Positions 48,947-60,084 of a stretch of 64,000 nucleotides of DNA are shown here, one piece after another; position 1 is the stretch's first letter, and the number at the start of each line of letters is the position of its first letter. Both the position numbers and the translations under genes were made by a program. Below the pieces are notes generated by a model. The model did not search any database, was not told the origin of the DNA, and was given only the letters and a program-made list of their open reading frames with translations. Source of the stretch: an uncultured Methanosarcinales archaeon (GTDB lineage Archaea; Nanobdellota; Nanobdellia; Woesearchaeales; JACPIF01); the NCBI GenBank assembly GCA_964602245.1, contig CAZRPY010000002.1, positions 49,833 through 113,832 on the forward strand, in the 5' to 3' direction.

Positions 48947-50611
48947 ATGGAGAATCCTGAAGAATCCGAATCTTTGCACTGGGCTGATCAGATAGCAAAA
49001 GAAGTGAGAGATAGGGTGGAAAGAGAACTTGTACTTGCAGGTATTGTTAAAGAAAAAGGATATATTGTATATGATGAGAAAACTCCATCTGGAAAGATTC
49101 ATATTGGCTCTGGAAGAGGCTGGGTTATACATGATACTATTGCTAGGGCGTTAAGAGACTTAGGTTTGAAAGGAAGATTTATTCTCAGCTCTGATGACAT
49201 TGACCCTTTTGACAAAATGAATGCAGACCTGCCAAAGGGATATGAGAAGTATCTAGGATTGCCTTTTAGAAACATTCCAAGCCCGGTAAAAGGGTATAAA
49301 AGTTTTGCCGAATATTATTTTAACACATGTGTTGAGAAATTTGAAGAGTTTGGGATTAATGCTGAGATTGAAAGTACAGGAGAGAGGTATATTAAAGGTG
49401 ATTTTAATAGGACAATAAAAATTGCATTGGATAATGCTGATAAAATTAATGATATTTATCTTAGATATTATGGAAAATCTCCTGAGAAATTGCCTTTTAA
49501 CCCTATCTGTAAGAAATGCGGTAAGATTGGAACAACTCAGGCTTATGAATGGGATTCTGAGAGAGAGATTGTTAGATACAAATGCTCTGAAACTCTTGTA
49601 AAATGGGCAAAAGGTTGCGGCTATGATGGAGAAACCTCGCCTTATAATGGAAATGGAAAATTGCCATGGAAGGTTGAGTGGGCTGCTAAATGGCCTACTG
49701 TAGGAGTAGTTTGCGAGCTTGCAGGGAAAGATCATTTTACAGTTGGAGGGTCTAGGACTATTGCAGTAGCTATATCCAATGAAATATTTGATTTTTCACC
49801 ACCATACCCTTCGACTAGGACTGGGATAGGAGATGGCTATGAGTTTTTTACCATTAGTGGAAGAAAAATGTCAACAAGTAAGGGAGAAGGTATTGGATTT
49901 GTTGATGCAACTGATTTTGCTCCTGGACATATCTTAAGATATTTACTTGTTGCAACGAGGCCAAGAGCTGTTATTGATTTTGACCCTGTAAACAGAAATG
50001 ATTTAATCCTGCTATATGAAAGATATGATAAAACAGAGAGGATTTATTTTGGCGCTGAAAAAGAAGAAAATCCTCATGATGCTCAGAAACATAGGAGAGT
50101 TTATGAGTTAAGTCATATAGGAAAAATTCCGAGCAAAATGCTCCCACAGATTTCCTTTACGCATGCAGCATTAGTGTTACAAGCTTCTAATTTAGATGAG
50201 CAGAAGGCTATAAATTTATTGCAGGAGCATAATAAAATACCAAAAAAGCTTGATAAAGAGGATTTGAATTATTTGCATGATAGATTTATATTTGCAAGAA
50301 AATGGTTGGAAAGCTTTGCACCTGAGCAGTATAAGTTTCAATTACAGGATAAAGTGCATATTAAGCTTACTGAGAATGAAAAAGAGATGTTTAAAGAGCT
50401 TAATAAGATTTTACAGCATGGAAGTTTTACAGAAGAAGAATTGCACAGTGAATTTTACAATTTATGTCAAGAATTTGATTATGACTCAAAAGAGTTCTTC
50501 AAAAAGGCTTATTTGATACTGATAAATAAGGAGAAAGGGCCTAAACTGGCTAGTTTTATACTTGCAATAGGAAAGGAAAGGGTGGTTAGGCTACTTAATA
50601 AAATTGATTAA
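48947..50611 (+). CDS. lysK: class I lysyl-tRNA synthetase
   Basis: HWADQIAKEV N-terminus, HIGS (HIGH-like) and KMSTSKG (KMSKS) motifs, C-terminal GPKLASFILAIGKERVVRLL; matches archaeal LysRS-I. Confidence 0.85.
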   Translation: MENPEESESLHWADQIAKEVRDRVERELVLAGIVKEKGYIVYDEKTPSGKIHIGSGRGWVIHDTIARALRDLGLKGRFILSSDDIDPFDKMNADLPKGYEKYLGLPFRNIPSPVKGYKSFAEYYFNTCVEKFEEFGINAEIESTGERYIKGDFNRTIKIALDNADKINDIYLRYYGKSPEKLPFNPICKKCGKIGTTQAYEWDSEREIVRYKCSETLVKWAKGCGYDGETSPYNGNGKLPWKVEWAAKWPTVGVVCELAGKDHFTVGGSRTIAVAISNEIFDFSPPYPSTRTGIGDGYEFFTISGRKMSTSKGEGIGFVDATDFAPGHILRYLLVATRPRAVIDFDPVNRNDLILLYERYDKTERIYFGAEKEENPHDAQKHRRVYELSHIGKIPSKMLPQISFTHAALVLQASNLDEQKAINLLQEHNKIPKKLDKEDLNYLHDRFIFARKWLESFAPEQYKFQLQDKVHIKLTENEKEMFKELNKILQHGSFTEEELHSEFYNLCQEFDYDSKEFFKKAYLILINKEKGPKLASFILAIGKERVVRLLNKID

Positions 50612-50693
50612 TATTTTCTAGATTTTGTCACTGAGATGGTATGATTGAAGAAGAGAAAAATATATAAGAAAGATATTTTTAAGGCTGAATTAG

Positions 50694-52271
50694 ATGGATG
50701 AAGTAACTGGACAACAATATAGTGAGATAATAAAAGAAAATCTAACTAATGTAGTACATTCTACCTTTATTCCAGAGTTTGGCTTTCCTTTTAATGGGAA
50801 GGTTAGAGATATCTATGATAGAGGAAATGATTTATTGATGGTAACTAGTGATAGAATTTCTGCATTTGACATTGTTCATTCTAGAAGAATCCCTTTTAAA
50901 GGTGCTGTTCTTAATGGACTTTCTTTATTTGGTTTTAAATTGAGTGAGGATATTATAGCTAATGCATTGATTTCGGCACCAGATCCTTATGTTCAAATAC
51001 AGGAAAGATTAGATAATTTAGGATTTGAATTTGTTGTGAGAGGATATATATGGGGTTCAATTGCTGAAGCTTACGAATCTAATGTAAGAGAAATATATGG
51101 CATTAAATTACCTGAAGGGCTATTAAGGTATCAAAAATTAGATGAACCACTATTTACGCCTACTACTAAAGCTCCAAGACCATATCATGATGAACCAGTC
51201 ACTTTAGAGCAGATGGTTAATGGATTTCAAGCTAAATATGGGTGGGTTGATGGATTAGCTGATAAATATGGCCATGATAAAGCAACAGAAATAGTACAGT
51301 ATGTAAAAGATGTATCTATAAGATTATATAGAAGAGCCCATGAGCATGCATTGTCAAGAGGGTTGATTTTTGTAGATACAAAATACGAATTTGGTATAGA
51401 TAAAGATGGTAAAATAAAGTTAATTGATGAAGCTAATACTCCTGATTCTTCCAGATTAGTGGATTTGACTGAGCACAGAGAAAAATGGTCTATTATTGCT
51501 AGTTTCATGCAGGAATTTTCTAGCAAATTCAGTAATGTTTCTAAATTATTACAAGAGCAACCTTTTTTAAAAATAACTGAGCTTTCTAAGGAATATGTAA
51601 GAGATAGATTAAGGGAACTTGGATATAAGAAGGGAGATACTATACTTCCTATGTTGAGTGATGATGATGTCACAGAAACAAGCTTAAGATACATAGAGAC
51701 TTATGAACGATTTACTGGCCAGAAATTTGATTTTGTAAGAAGTGAACTAGCTACTGGAGCAAGACTGATGAATAATCTTGTAAAAGCAGGTATTGCCAAA
51801 GGATATTGTGCTATTATTGGAGCTGGTTCTGATAGTGATAAAGAACATATTGGAAAGATTGTTAAATCTCTTGAAGAATACGGGATACCCTATCAAGTGA
51901 GAATTAAATCTGCGCATAAGCAAAAGGATGTTATTCCAATAGTAGAGTTCTATAACGAGAGTCTTGAACCATTAGTATGGATTGCTGTTGCAAGTCGTAC
52001 TGATGCTTTATCAGGCACAGTGTCATATCATTCAGTGCATCCTGTAATAAGCTGTTCTCCAGATGGGATAAATATGAGCTGTCTTAATAATCCGCCAGGA
52101 AGCCCGAACGCTACTATCGTTGATCCAAAAAATATTGGGAAATATGTTGCACAAACTTTCAGTTGGATAGATCCTAAGTTAAAAAAAAAGATTATAGAAT
52201 TAAATGAACAAAAGAATAAATCTTTAGAGGAAGCAGATAAAAAAGCGATTGCAGGAGAACTATTGAACTGA
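50694..52271 (+). CDS. fused SAICAR synthetase (PurC, N-terminal) and N5-CAIR mutase/AIR carboxylase (PurE, C-terminal)
   Basis: N-terminal GKVRDIYDRGNDLLMVTSDRISAFD (PurC). C-terminal CAIIGAGSDSD...IKSAHK...IAVASRTDALSG (PurE) in one 525-aa ORF. Confidence 0.8.
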   Translation: MDEVTGQQYSEIIKENLTNVVHSTFIPEFGFPFNGKVRDIYDRGNDLLMVTSDRISAFDIVHSRRIPFKGAVLNGLSLFGFKLSEDIIANALISAPDPYVQIQERLDNLGFEFVVRGYIWGSIAEAYESNVREIYGIKLPEGLLRYQKLDEPLFTPTTKAPRPYHDEPVTLEQMVNGFQAKYGWVDGLADKYGHDKATEIVQYVKDVSIRLYRRAHEHALSRGLIFVDTKYEFGIDKDGKIKLIDEANTPDSSRLVDLTEHREKWSIIASFMQEFSSKFSNVSKLLQEQPFLKITELSKEYVRDRLRELGYKKGDTILPMLSDDDVTETSLRYIETYERFTGQKFDFVRSELATGARLMNNLVKAGIAKGYCAIIGAGSDSDKEHIGKIVKSLEEYGIPYQVRIKSAHKQKDVIPIVEFYNESLEPLVWIAVASRTDALSGTVSYHSVHPVISCSPDGINMSCLNNPPGSPNATIVDPKNIGKYVAQTFSWIDPKLKKKIIELNEQKNKSLEEADKKAIAGELLN

Positions 52272-52738
52272 TTAGGTCAAATATAATCAAAAATGCCATA
52301 ATCTCAGTTTCCGATAAAAGAAATCTAGCTCTTCATCACCTAGAGAGGCTATTATAGCAGCAATTAAGAGTAAAAATATTAGACTTGGATTGGGTATAGA
52401 ATAGGGTAAAGAAAATAAATAAAGACTACTAACTTTAATTTTTGCTTGTATTAGTTTGTATTATATACTTTACTATAGTTAACTTTTTAAACTTAGTAAT
52501 AATACAATCATAATCTGAGCCTATTGGAAATCCAATATTAATGGAGGTGGGGATATTTTTTATATATTTTATATAAAAGCGATAAATTTAAAAAGAGATT
52601 TGACTTATTGATGCTTATAGAGTGTAATAATATTGATTTAAGTAGATTGTAGTAGAGTAAAACTTCAAATAAGCTTTACTAAATAATGAGGAAAAGAGGT
52701 TGATATAGAAGTGATTAATAATATAAAAGGAATTTACC

Positions 52739-53581
52739 ATGGCAAGATCTAAGGGAGATGATTTGGGTAATAAATTTGCGAGATATTTAGTAGAAGCGAG
52801 TGGTTTTGGTGCTATAGTACGGCAAATAGCCAAAGAGGTAAGAGACCCTGTTGAAGATACAGGTAAACATAATATTCGTAATTCTGAAGAAGAAAGATTT
52901 GCTGAATTCTTGAGTGATGCAGCATTGCCAAGGAATGCTCATAGTTATACAGCACCTATGAGTCAAGATAAATCTGACATTGTAAGGGATAGAGATGAGC
53001 CAATACTATTAAATCCGCAAATTGATCACTTGACTAACATCATTCTAGGTACGAGAGAACGTAAAGATGGTATTACTGAATATGTTGAGAACTTAGATAG
53101 ATTTTGGGCAGCACAATATGCAGCCACTATACAAGCTTTTACATTGTTAACAGATTATCATAGACATAATAACAGACCTAATTATATTCCAGGTTATGAG
53201 GAGTATCTTGCTGGAAGATTTCTTATGTATAGGAGGTTAGTTGATGCTATAAAAATAGTTATGCCTGATTTAAAGGGAAGAAAAGCTATAGAGGTTGGCG
53301 GAGGAAGTGGCATAAGTCTTGCTATGTTAGCGCAAAATGGTGCTGAAGTAACTAATCTTGATATTTCAGAAATTGCATTAAAGTATTTTGAGTGTCTTGC
53401 TGGGCATTATAATGTTAAAAATAAAATCAATACAGAAAGAGCAGATTTCTTTAAAGGTGACCCTGAACTAAGTAATAGATTTGACTTGACTTATAATGTT
53501 GGTGTATTTGAACATTTAACAAGAGATGAACAATCTCATCTATTAGAAGAAATGGTGAGAATCACTGCTCCTAGTGGTTGA
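52739..53581 (+). CDS. SAM-dependent methyltransferase with long N-terminal domain; ends at TGA that is in frame with next ORF
   Basis: EVGGGSGISLAMLAQNGAEVTNLD motif I, ...RITAPSG then TGA at 53579-53581. Confidence 0.55.
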   Translation: MARSKGDDLGNKFARYLVEASGFGAIVRQIAKEVRDPVEDTGKHNIRNSEEERFAEFLSDAALPRNAHSYTAPMSQDKSDIVRDRDEPILLNPQIDHLTNIILGTRERKDGITEYVENLDRFWAAQYAATIQAFTLLTDYHRHNNRPNYIPGYEEYLAGRFLMYRRLVDAIKIVMPDLKGRKAIEVGGGSGISLAMLAQNGAEVTNLDISEIALKYFECLAGHYNVKNKINTERADFFKGDPELSNRFDLTYNVGVFEHLTRDEQSHLLEEMVRITAPSG

Positions 53582-53584
53582 GTT

Positions 53585-53986
53585 ATGGGATCAGTTCCAA
53601 ATCCTAAGAGTCCTTATTATAAACTGATTCAAGAAAGAGAAGAAAAAGTTCCAAAAGATAAAAGACTCCCAATGCCTTTTGTGGAATATGTCGATCCTGT
53701 CATATTATTAAAAGGCGCTGGATTAGAGCCAGCAAAAGACGGAAAATATGCACAGGGTTACACTCAGATTGCACCGCCTACTAGAATTAAACCAGGTTTA
53801 ATAAGTCTAGAAGATTCTGGATTTTTTAGAGACTACTTGTCTTTTGATCCTGGAAAAACAACAATGAAAACATTGTTAGGAGTTTGGTATCTTTTAGAAG
53901 ATAATGCCCAAAAAAATGCCCAGAGTATGTATATATTAGAAAAATATGGCATGTTTACTCATGCATTTGGTAGAAAACCTGGATAA
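53585..53986 (+). CDS. probable C-terminal continuation of the preceding methyltransferase
   Basis: Same frame as 52739..53581, separated by a single TGA + GTT; would read ITAPSG-x-VMGSVPN, resembling the LKPGG-type post-II motif. Confidence 0.45.
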   Translation: MGSVPNPKSPYYKLIQEREEKVPKDKRLPMPFVEYVDPVILLKGAGLEPAKDGKYAQGYTQIAPPTRIKPGLISLEDSGFFRDYLSFDPGKTTMKTLLGVWYLLEDNAQKNAQSMYILEKYGMFTHAFGRKPG

Positions 53987-54075
53987 GATTAAGAGATAGC
54001 ACTCTAATAGTATAATCTACTTTCTAGTAATTAAAGTGAAAAGATTTATAAAATCATTTCTCTTCCTAAATTAAT

Positions 54076-54645
54076 ATGCTAGAACTCTATTTAATAAGGC
54101 ATCCAAAAACTGTTTATAATGAAGAAAGAAAAATACAAGGACAGTTAGATGTAGAATTAATACCAGGATGGGAGGAAAGTGTAGATTCTCTTACAGAGAA
54201 ATTAGCTCTGCAGGGGGAATTTAGTGCCTTTTTAACTTCTGACTTAATGCGAGCAAATAAAGTCGCATATAGAGTTGTTGAGCGTTTAATAAGGAAACAT
54301 GGTAAGCCATTAGTTCTACGCTCTACTCCAGATCTAAGAGAAAGGCATTGGGGTGTATTACAAGGAAAAAGTTATGACGAAGTTGATACACAAGGCAAAG
54401 ATATCCATCATTATCTATTGGAACTAGACCAGGTTGAAGGAGGAGAAAGCTTTGCTGCTATTGAGGCAAGGGTGAAAAGAGTTGATGCTTATCTTAGAGG
54501 TATTCAAGGAGATAGAGTTTGTATTATTGGACACCAATTTACAAATACTTATTTATCTAATTTTGAATTAGAGGGGAATATACTTGCTAGACCTTATGAA
54601 GATTGGCCTCATCTACTAATAAAACAGATATCATTTCCTATATAA
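54076..54645 (+). CDS. histidine phosphatase family protein (phosphoglycerate-mutase-like)
   Basis: LYLIRHPKT (RHG-type catalytic motif) N-terminus and internal His motif (IGHQF). Confidence 0.7.
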   Translation: MLELYLIRHPKTVYNEERKIQGQLDVELIPGWEESVDSLTEKLALQGEFSAFLTSDLMRANKVAYRVVERLIRKHGKPLVLRSTPDLRERHWGVLQGKSYDEVDTQGKDIHHYLLELDQVEGGESFAAIEARVKRVDAYLRGIQGDRVCIIGHQFTNTYLSNFELEGNILARPYEDWPHLLIKQISFPI

Positions 54646-54662
54646 ATGACATTGTTGAAAGA

Positions 54663-55604
54663 TTAGTACTCCAAAGCCATTCTTGTTACTTTCAAGGTAT
54701 AAAGAATTTCAACTATTCGTTTCATGTTCATTAAAAGCATAATTTCATCTTTACTTAATTTTTTAGATACGAGTTTTATATTCTTTAAAATTTGATATCT
54801 GTCCCAGCTTATTTTTTCTATCATTTTAAAATCGAATTTATAAAAAAGAGCATGATAATCTTCAAGCGAGGTATTAATTTGATTTAATATACTTTCGCAG
54901 GCTTTTGAAATTATAATATTAGAGCTAATTATATCTCTAGCGCTTTCCTTTAGTGTGTCATTTATATTATCTAATGACTCAATTGTGTGATACAGTAAAG
55001 CAGTTTTTTTGTAATCTGGGTAAATACCTTTATTCAGCAATCTCAGTGCATTTGCCATGAATTTAGTAATAGTATTATGTTTTTCTTCTAAACTTTCTAC
55101 TAGATACTTATCTCTTTTTACAGCTCCTCGTATCAAATCACTACTTGCATCTGTAATAAGTAGGAATATTCTTCGTAATATTAAATCAAAATCCTTTATA
55201 GAACTTTCTGAGAGCACTTTAAGTATACAAAAATTTTCCTTCTGCTGGATTATTTCAATACCAGTAAGTCTATTAACCTCTGTATGTATATCAGATAGAA
55301 CTTTGACTTTTTTACCTAACCTATGATGATCTGCAAGAGGGTTATTAAAGTTTAGTTTGATATCATTGTAACCTCTTATATATAATACTCTAATTAAAAA
55401 CATAAAAGAGTCTCTGTCTAGACCGCTTATATCAACCTCTATACTCCCAGGATCTTGGGTTTTTTCAGTTTCAATTAATAGTCTATTACCCTGCTCTTCA
55501 ACCTCAACCTCATCCCCTTTTTTAAGATTATATTTTAATGTCCACTTTCTTGGAAGTGAGACTAACTGAGTAGAATCTGCTATCTGTATAACTTTACGTT
55601 TCAT
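54663..55604 (-). CDS. AbrB/SpoVT N-terminal domain fused to helical (PhoU-like?) domain protein
   Basis: KVIQIADSTQLVSLPRKWTLKYNLKKGDEVEV swapped-hairpin N-terminus followed by about 230 aa of predicted helical sequence. Confidence 0.4.
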   Translation of the reverse strand: MKRKVIQIADSTQLVSLPRKWTLKYNLKKGDEVEVEEQGNRLLIETEKTQDPGSIEVDISGLDRDSFMFLIRVLYIRGYNDIKLNFNNPLADHHRLGKKVKVLSDIHTEVNRLTGIEIIQQKENFCILKVLSESSIKDFDLILRRIFLLITDASSDLIRGAVKRDKYLVESLEEKHNTITKFMANALRLLNKGIYPDYKKTALLYHTIESLDNINDTLKESARDIISSNIIISKACESILNQINTSLEDYHALFYKFDFKMIEKISWDRYQILKNIKLVSKKLSKDEIMLLMNMKRIVEILYTLKVTRMALEY

Positions 55605-55961
55605 TATAACCCCCTTTTATATAGCCTTTAAAGAGACCTTATAATAGCTTTTTAGACTGTTAAGCAACTTTATAATTATATAAAAATGAGTTTATATTTA
55701 AACTTTTCTATATTCTAGTATAGAACTTTATAAAAACACTATAATTATAAGAATATTATAGGACTCTATATACTCGGATTTGAAGATTTTAAGCTATTTA
55801 AAGGCTAAATAATAATCTTATTCTGTATATAAAGGATTAAATTTCTTAATATTAGTTTAATCTTTAAATAAAATATAAATTATAAGCGCAGATTATATAA
55901 GTCACTATTCCTTCTATTGCTTTTGTTCTCATAAAGAGGGTGCCAATACTTAAAGGAGGGG

Positions 55962-56153
55962 GTGAATATGGAACTAGAAGTTGTAGATGATGAGTTCGAA
56001 GAATCTGAAGAAGATGACCTGAACATCTACAATAAAAAGATAAGAGAAGAGGCACTCGAAGATGATGAGATAGCTGATTGGGAAGAAGGGATAATGGTAG
56101 GCTATGATTTGGAAGATGCATTGATGGAAGGTTATGAAGATGCTGTGTTATAA
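55962..56153 (+). CDS. small, extremely acidic protein (63 aa, about 45% D/E)
   Basis: Strong RBS aaaggagggggtgaatATG; sequence MNMELEVVDDEFEESEEDDLNIYN...EGYEDAVL. Confidence 0.45.
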   Translation: MNMELEVVDDEFEESEEDDLNIYNKKIREEALEDDEIADWEEGIMVGYDLEDALMEGYEDAVL

Positions 56154-56452
56154 GGGCTTAGAGCTAAAGATTCCCCTTTATTTCTATAAAGGCTTTATAA
56201 TAGTCTTATAAGGCTTATAAAGGCATTCTACAAAGCGAAAAGTATATATACTTTAGAGACTATTTTATTCTCGGTGGAGATCCTCTTTTTGGGAGATTTT
56301 TCATCAAAATTTTACTAAAGATTTAATGCTAAAAAATTAAAGATTTAGTCAAAACTATAGTAAGAAGATTTTGATAAAATAAATTTAATATTAAGAGTAA
56401 TAATTTGCATTTGATTTATAGGATAATAGTTATAATAAAAGATGTAACAACA

Positions 56453-56566
56453 ATTTGCATTAACGACGCCAACTTCGTTGGCTGTGCCAGTGGTCGGCTA
56501 ATCAATGAATATAACTTAGAAGAAGCCGACAGATAAGTTGCGTGTTCGCAACCGTTATGCAAATTA
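56453..56566 (+). repeat. copy G of TTGCAT..ATGCAAAT element
   Basis: caatttgcattaacgacgccaacttcgttggctgtgccagtggtcggctaatc...gccgacagataagttgcgtgttcgcaaccgttatgcaaatt; ends 43 nt before gyrB ATG; a solo aatttgcat lies at 56402. Confidence 0.6.
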
Positions 56567-56578
56567 ATTGAGTAATAA

Positions 56579-58540
<1,962 letters not shown>

Positions 58541-58597
58541 GTAAAGTCAGAAACCTTTATATACACCTATCTTTTCCTTAATAATTTCTAATAAGTT

Positions 58598-59305
58598 ATG
58601 AAAATGGTAAAACAGAAAACAGTTGGAGCTGTGGTAAGGAAGAAGAGATGGTATCCCATAATGGCTCCAAGGCTATTTAATCATCCAATTGGAGAGACTC
58701 CAGCATATGATAACAAATCTTTAGTTGGAAGAGCTATGAATATTAATCTAATGGGCCTCACTAATGATCCAAAGAAACAGAATGTTAACATAAGATTCTT
58801 AATAACATCTGCAAGCGATAGCTCAGCAAATGCTGAGCCAATAGGGTATTATATGATACCTTCCACTTTGAAGAGGCTCATGAGAAGACGCTCTGACAGG
58901 ATTGATGATTCTGTGCTTTGTGAAACAGCTGATAACATAAAGATAAGGGTAAAGACTTTTGCATTGGCAAGAAGCTTAGTAAAGGCTTCAGTCAGAACTC
59001 ATATAAGAAAGGTTGCGAGAGATTCTATAGTGAAATACGCAAAAAAGAATATTCTAATTGATTTGCTGAGTGACATTGTTTCCTATAAAATGCAGAATGA
59101 GCTGAAAGATAGTCTTAAAAAGATATATCCATTAAGAACTTTAGAGGTAAAGGCTTTAGAGATTGCAAAAGACCCGAATGATGAGAGAACAATTGTGGAG
59201 ATTGTGCAGAATATGGAAAAGACAGAAGAGCCTGAAGCTGAAATAGCAGAAGAACAAAAAGAATCAAAAAAGAAAGAAGCAAAAAAAGAAGAGGAAAGTA
59301 CTTAA
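58598..59305 (+). CDS. rps3ae: 30S ribosomal protein S3Ae (eS1)
   Basis: KKKRWYPIMAPRLFNHPIGETPAYD N-terminal signature of S3Ae; lysine/glutamate-rich C-terminal tail. Confidence 0.8.
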   Translation: MKMVKQKTVGAVVRKKRWYPIMAPRLFNHPIGETPAYDNKSLVGRAMNINLMGLTNDPKKQNVNIRFLITSASDSSANAEPIGYYMIPSTLKRLMRRRSDRIDDSVLCETADNIKIRVKTFALARSLVKASVRTHIRKVARDSIVKYAKKNILIDLLSDIVSYKMQNELKDSLKKIYPLRTLEVKALEIAKDPNDERTIVEIVQNMEKTEEPEAEIAEEQKESKKKEAKKEEEST

Positions 59306-59308
59306 AAT

Positions 59309-59551
59309 TTAAGATATTTTAATATATTTAGAAGGATTGTTTAGCGCTTGAATATGAATTCTATTATCACTGAATCTATCAGTTAACTCTGTTCTTCTTG
59401 ATACATTTTTAGCTATAGAAAGTATTGTGGCATAAAAAACAGATTTTCCTGCATCCATGTATTTACCTGTGGCTGTACTATAACCAGCACAAAAAATAGC
59501 TACATATATGATTGGAGGTATAATATAGTTTTCAATAAATTTTGGGTTCAT
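59309..59551 (-). CDS. hypothetical small membrane protein
   Basis: 80-aa ORF with one hydrophobic segment. Confidence 0.25.
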   Translation of the reverse strand: MNPKFIENYIIPPIIYVAIFCAGYSTATGKYMDAGKSVFYATILSIAKNVSRRTELTDRFSDNRIHIQALNNPSKYIKIS

Positions 59552-59654
59552 TAACTTAATAAACCTTCTTAAGATTTATAAAGTTTTCTAAAAGATTAAC
59601 TTCCAAGTTCAAAGAAGTAAAACTTATAAGATAAGTACTATTTCTTTCTCATAT

Positions 59655-59775
59655 AGCCCCGTAGTCTAGTGGTCAAGGATAGGGCCCTCTGGCATACTTG
59701 GTATGTAGAAAGGCTCTGACGGCAGTTCGAACACAGTCTAGAAAGAATAAGCTGGCGAAAGTCTGCCCGGGGCTA
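59655..59775 (+). tRNA. tRNA with two introns, tentatively Gln(CUG); 18-nt intron after position 37 and 30-nt intron between T-loop position 60 and T-stem
   Basis: Manual fold. Acceptor AGCCCCG/CGGGGCT, D-arm GTCT-AGTGGTCAA-GGAT with two G-U pairs, anticodon stem GGGCC/GGCTC. Loop CTCTGG[intron 59693-59710]A, variable loop TGAC. T-arm GGCAG-TTCGAAC-[intron 59733-59762]-CTGCC, discriminator A. Spliced length is 73 nt and an oligo-T tract follows. Confidence 0.55.
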
Positions 59776-60084
59776 TTTTTAAGACGCCTGTGGCTACTAA
59801 GCATTTAGATTTTAATTGGGGTACCTATAGTATGTGATAGAATATTAATTAAGAATTTATTTTCTATTTTATTATATATTTGCAAATATAATTTTTAAAA
59901 TAGTTTAAATTGAATCGTATATTTCATTTTGCAACATATGTTTTATTCTAATGTATAACTAATTATTTATTGCTGTATCTGGCGATACTACTAGAACTAT
60001 TCTTGCATGCGATTAGTCTGCGACGCCTATTAAACAAAACATTTATAAAGAATATTAGCCTACTAGGAAGAATAAAAATACTAT

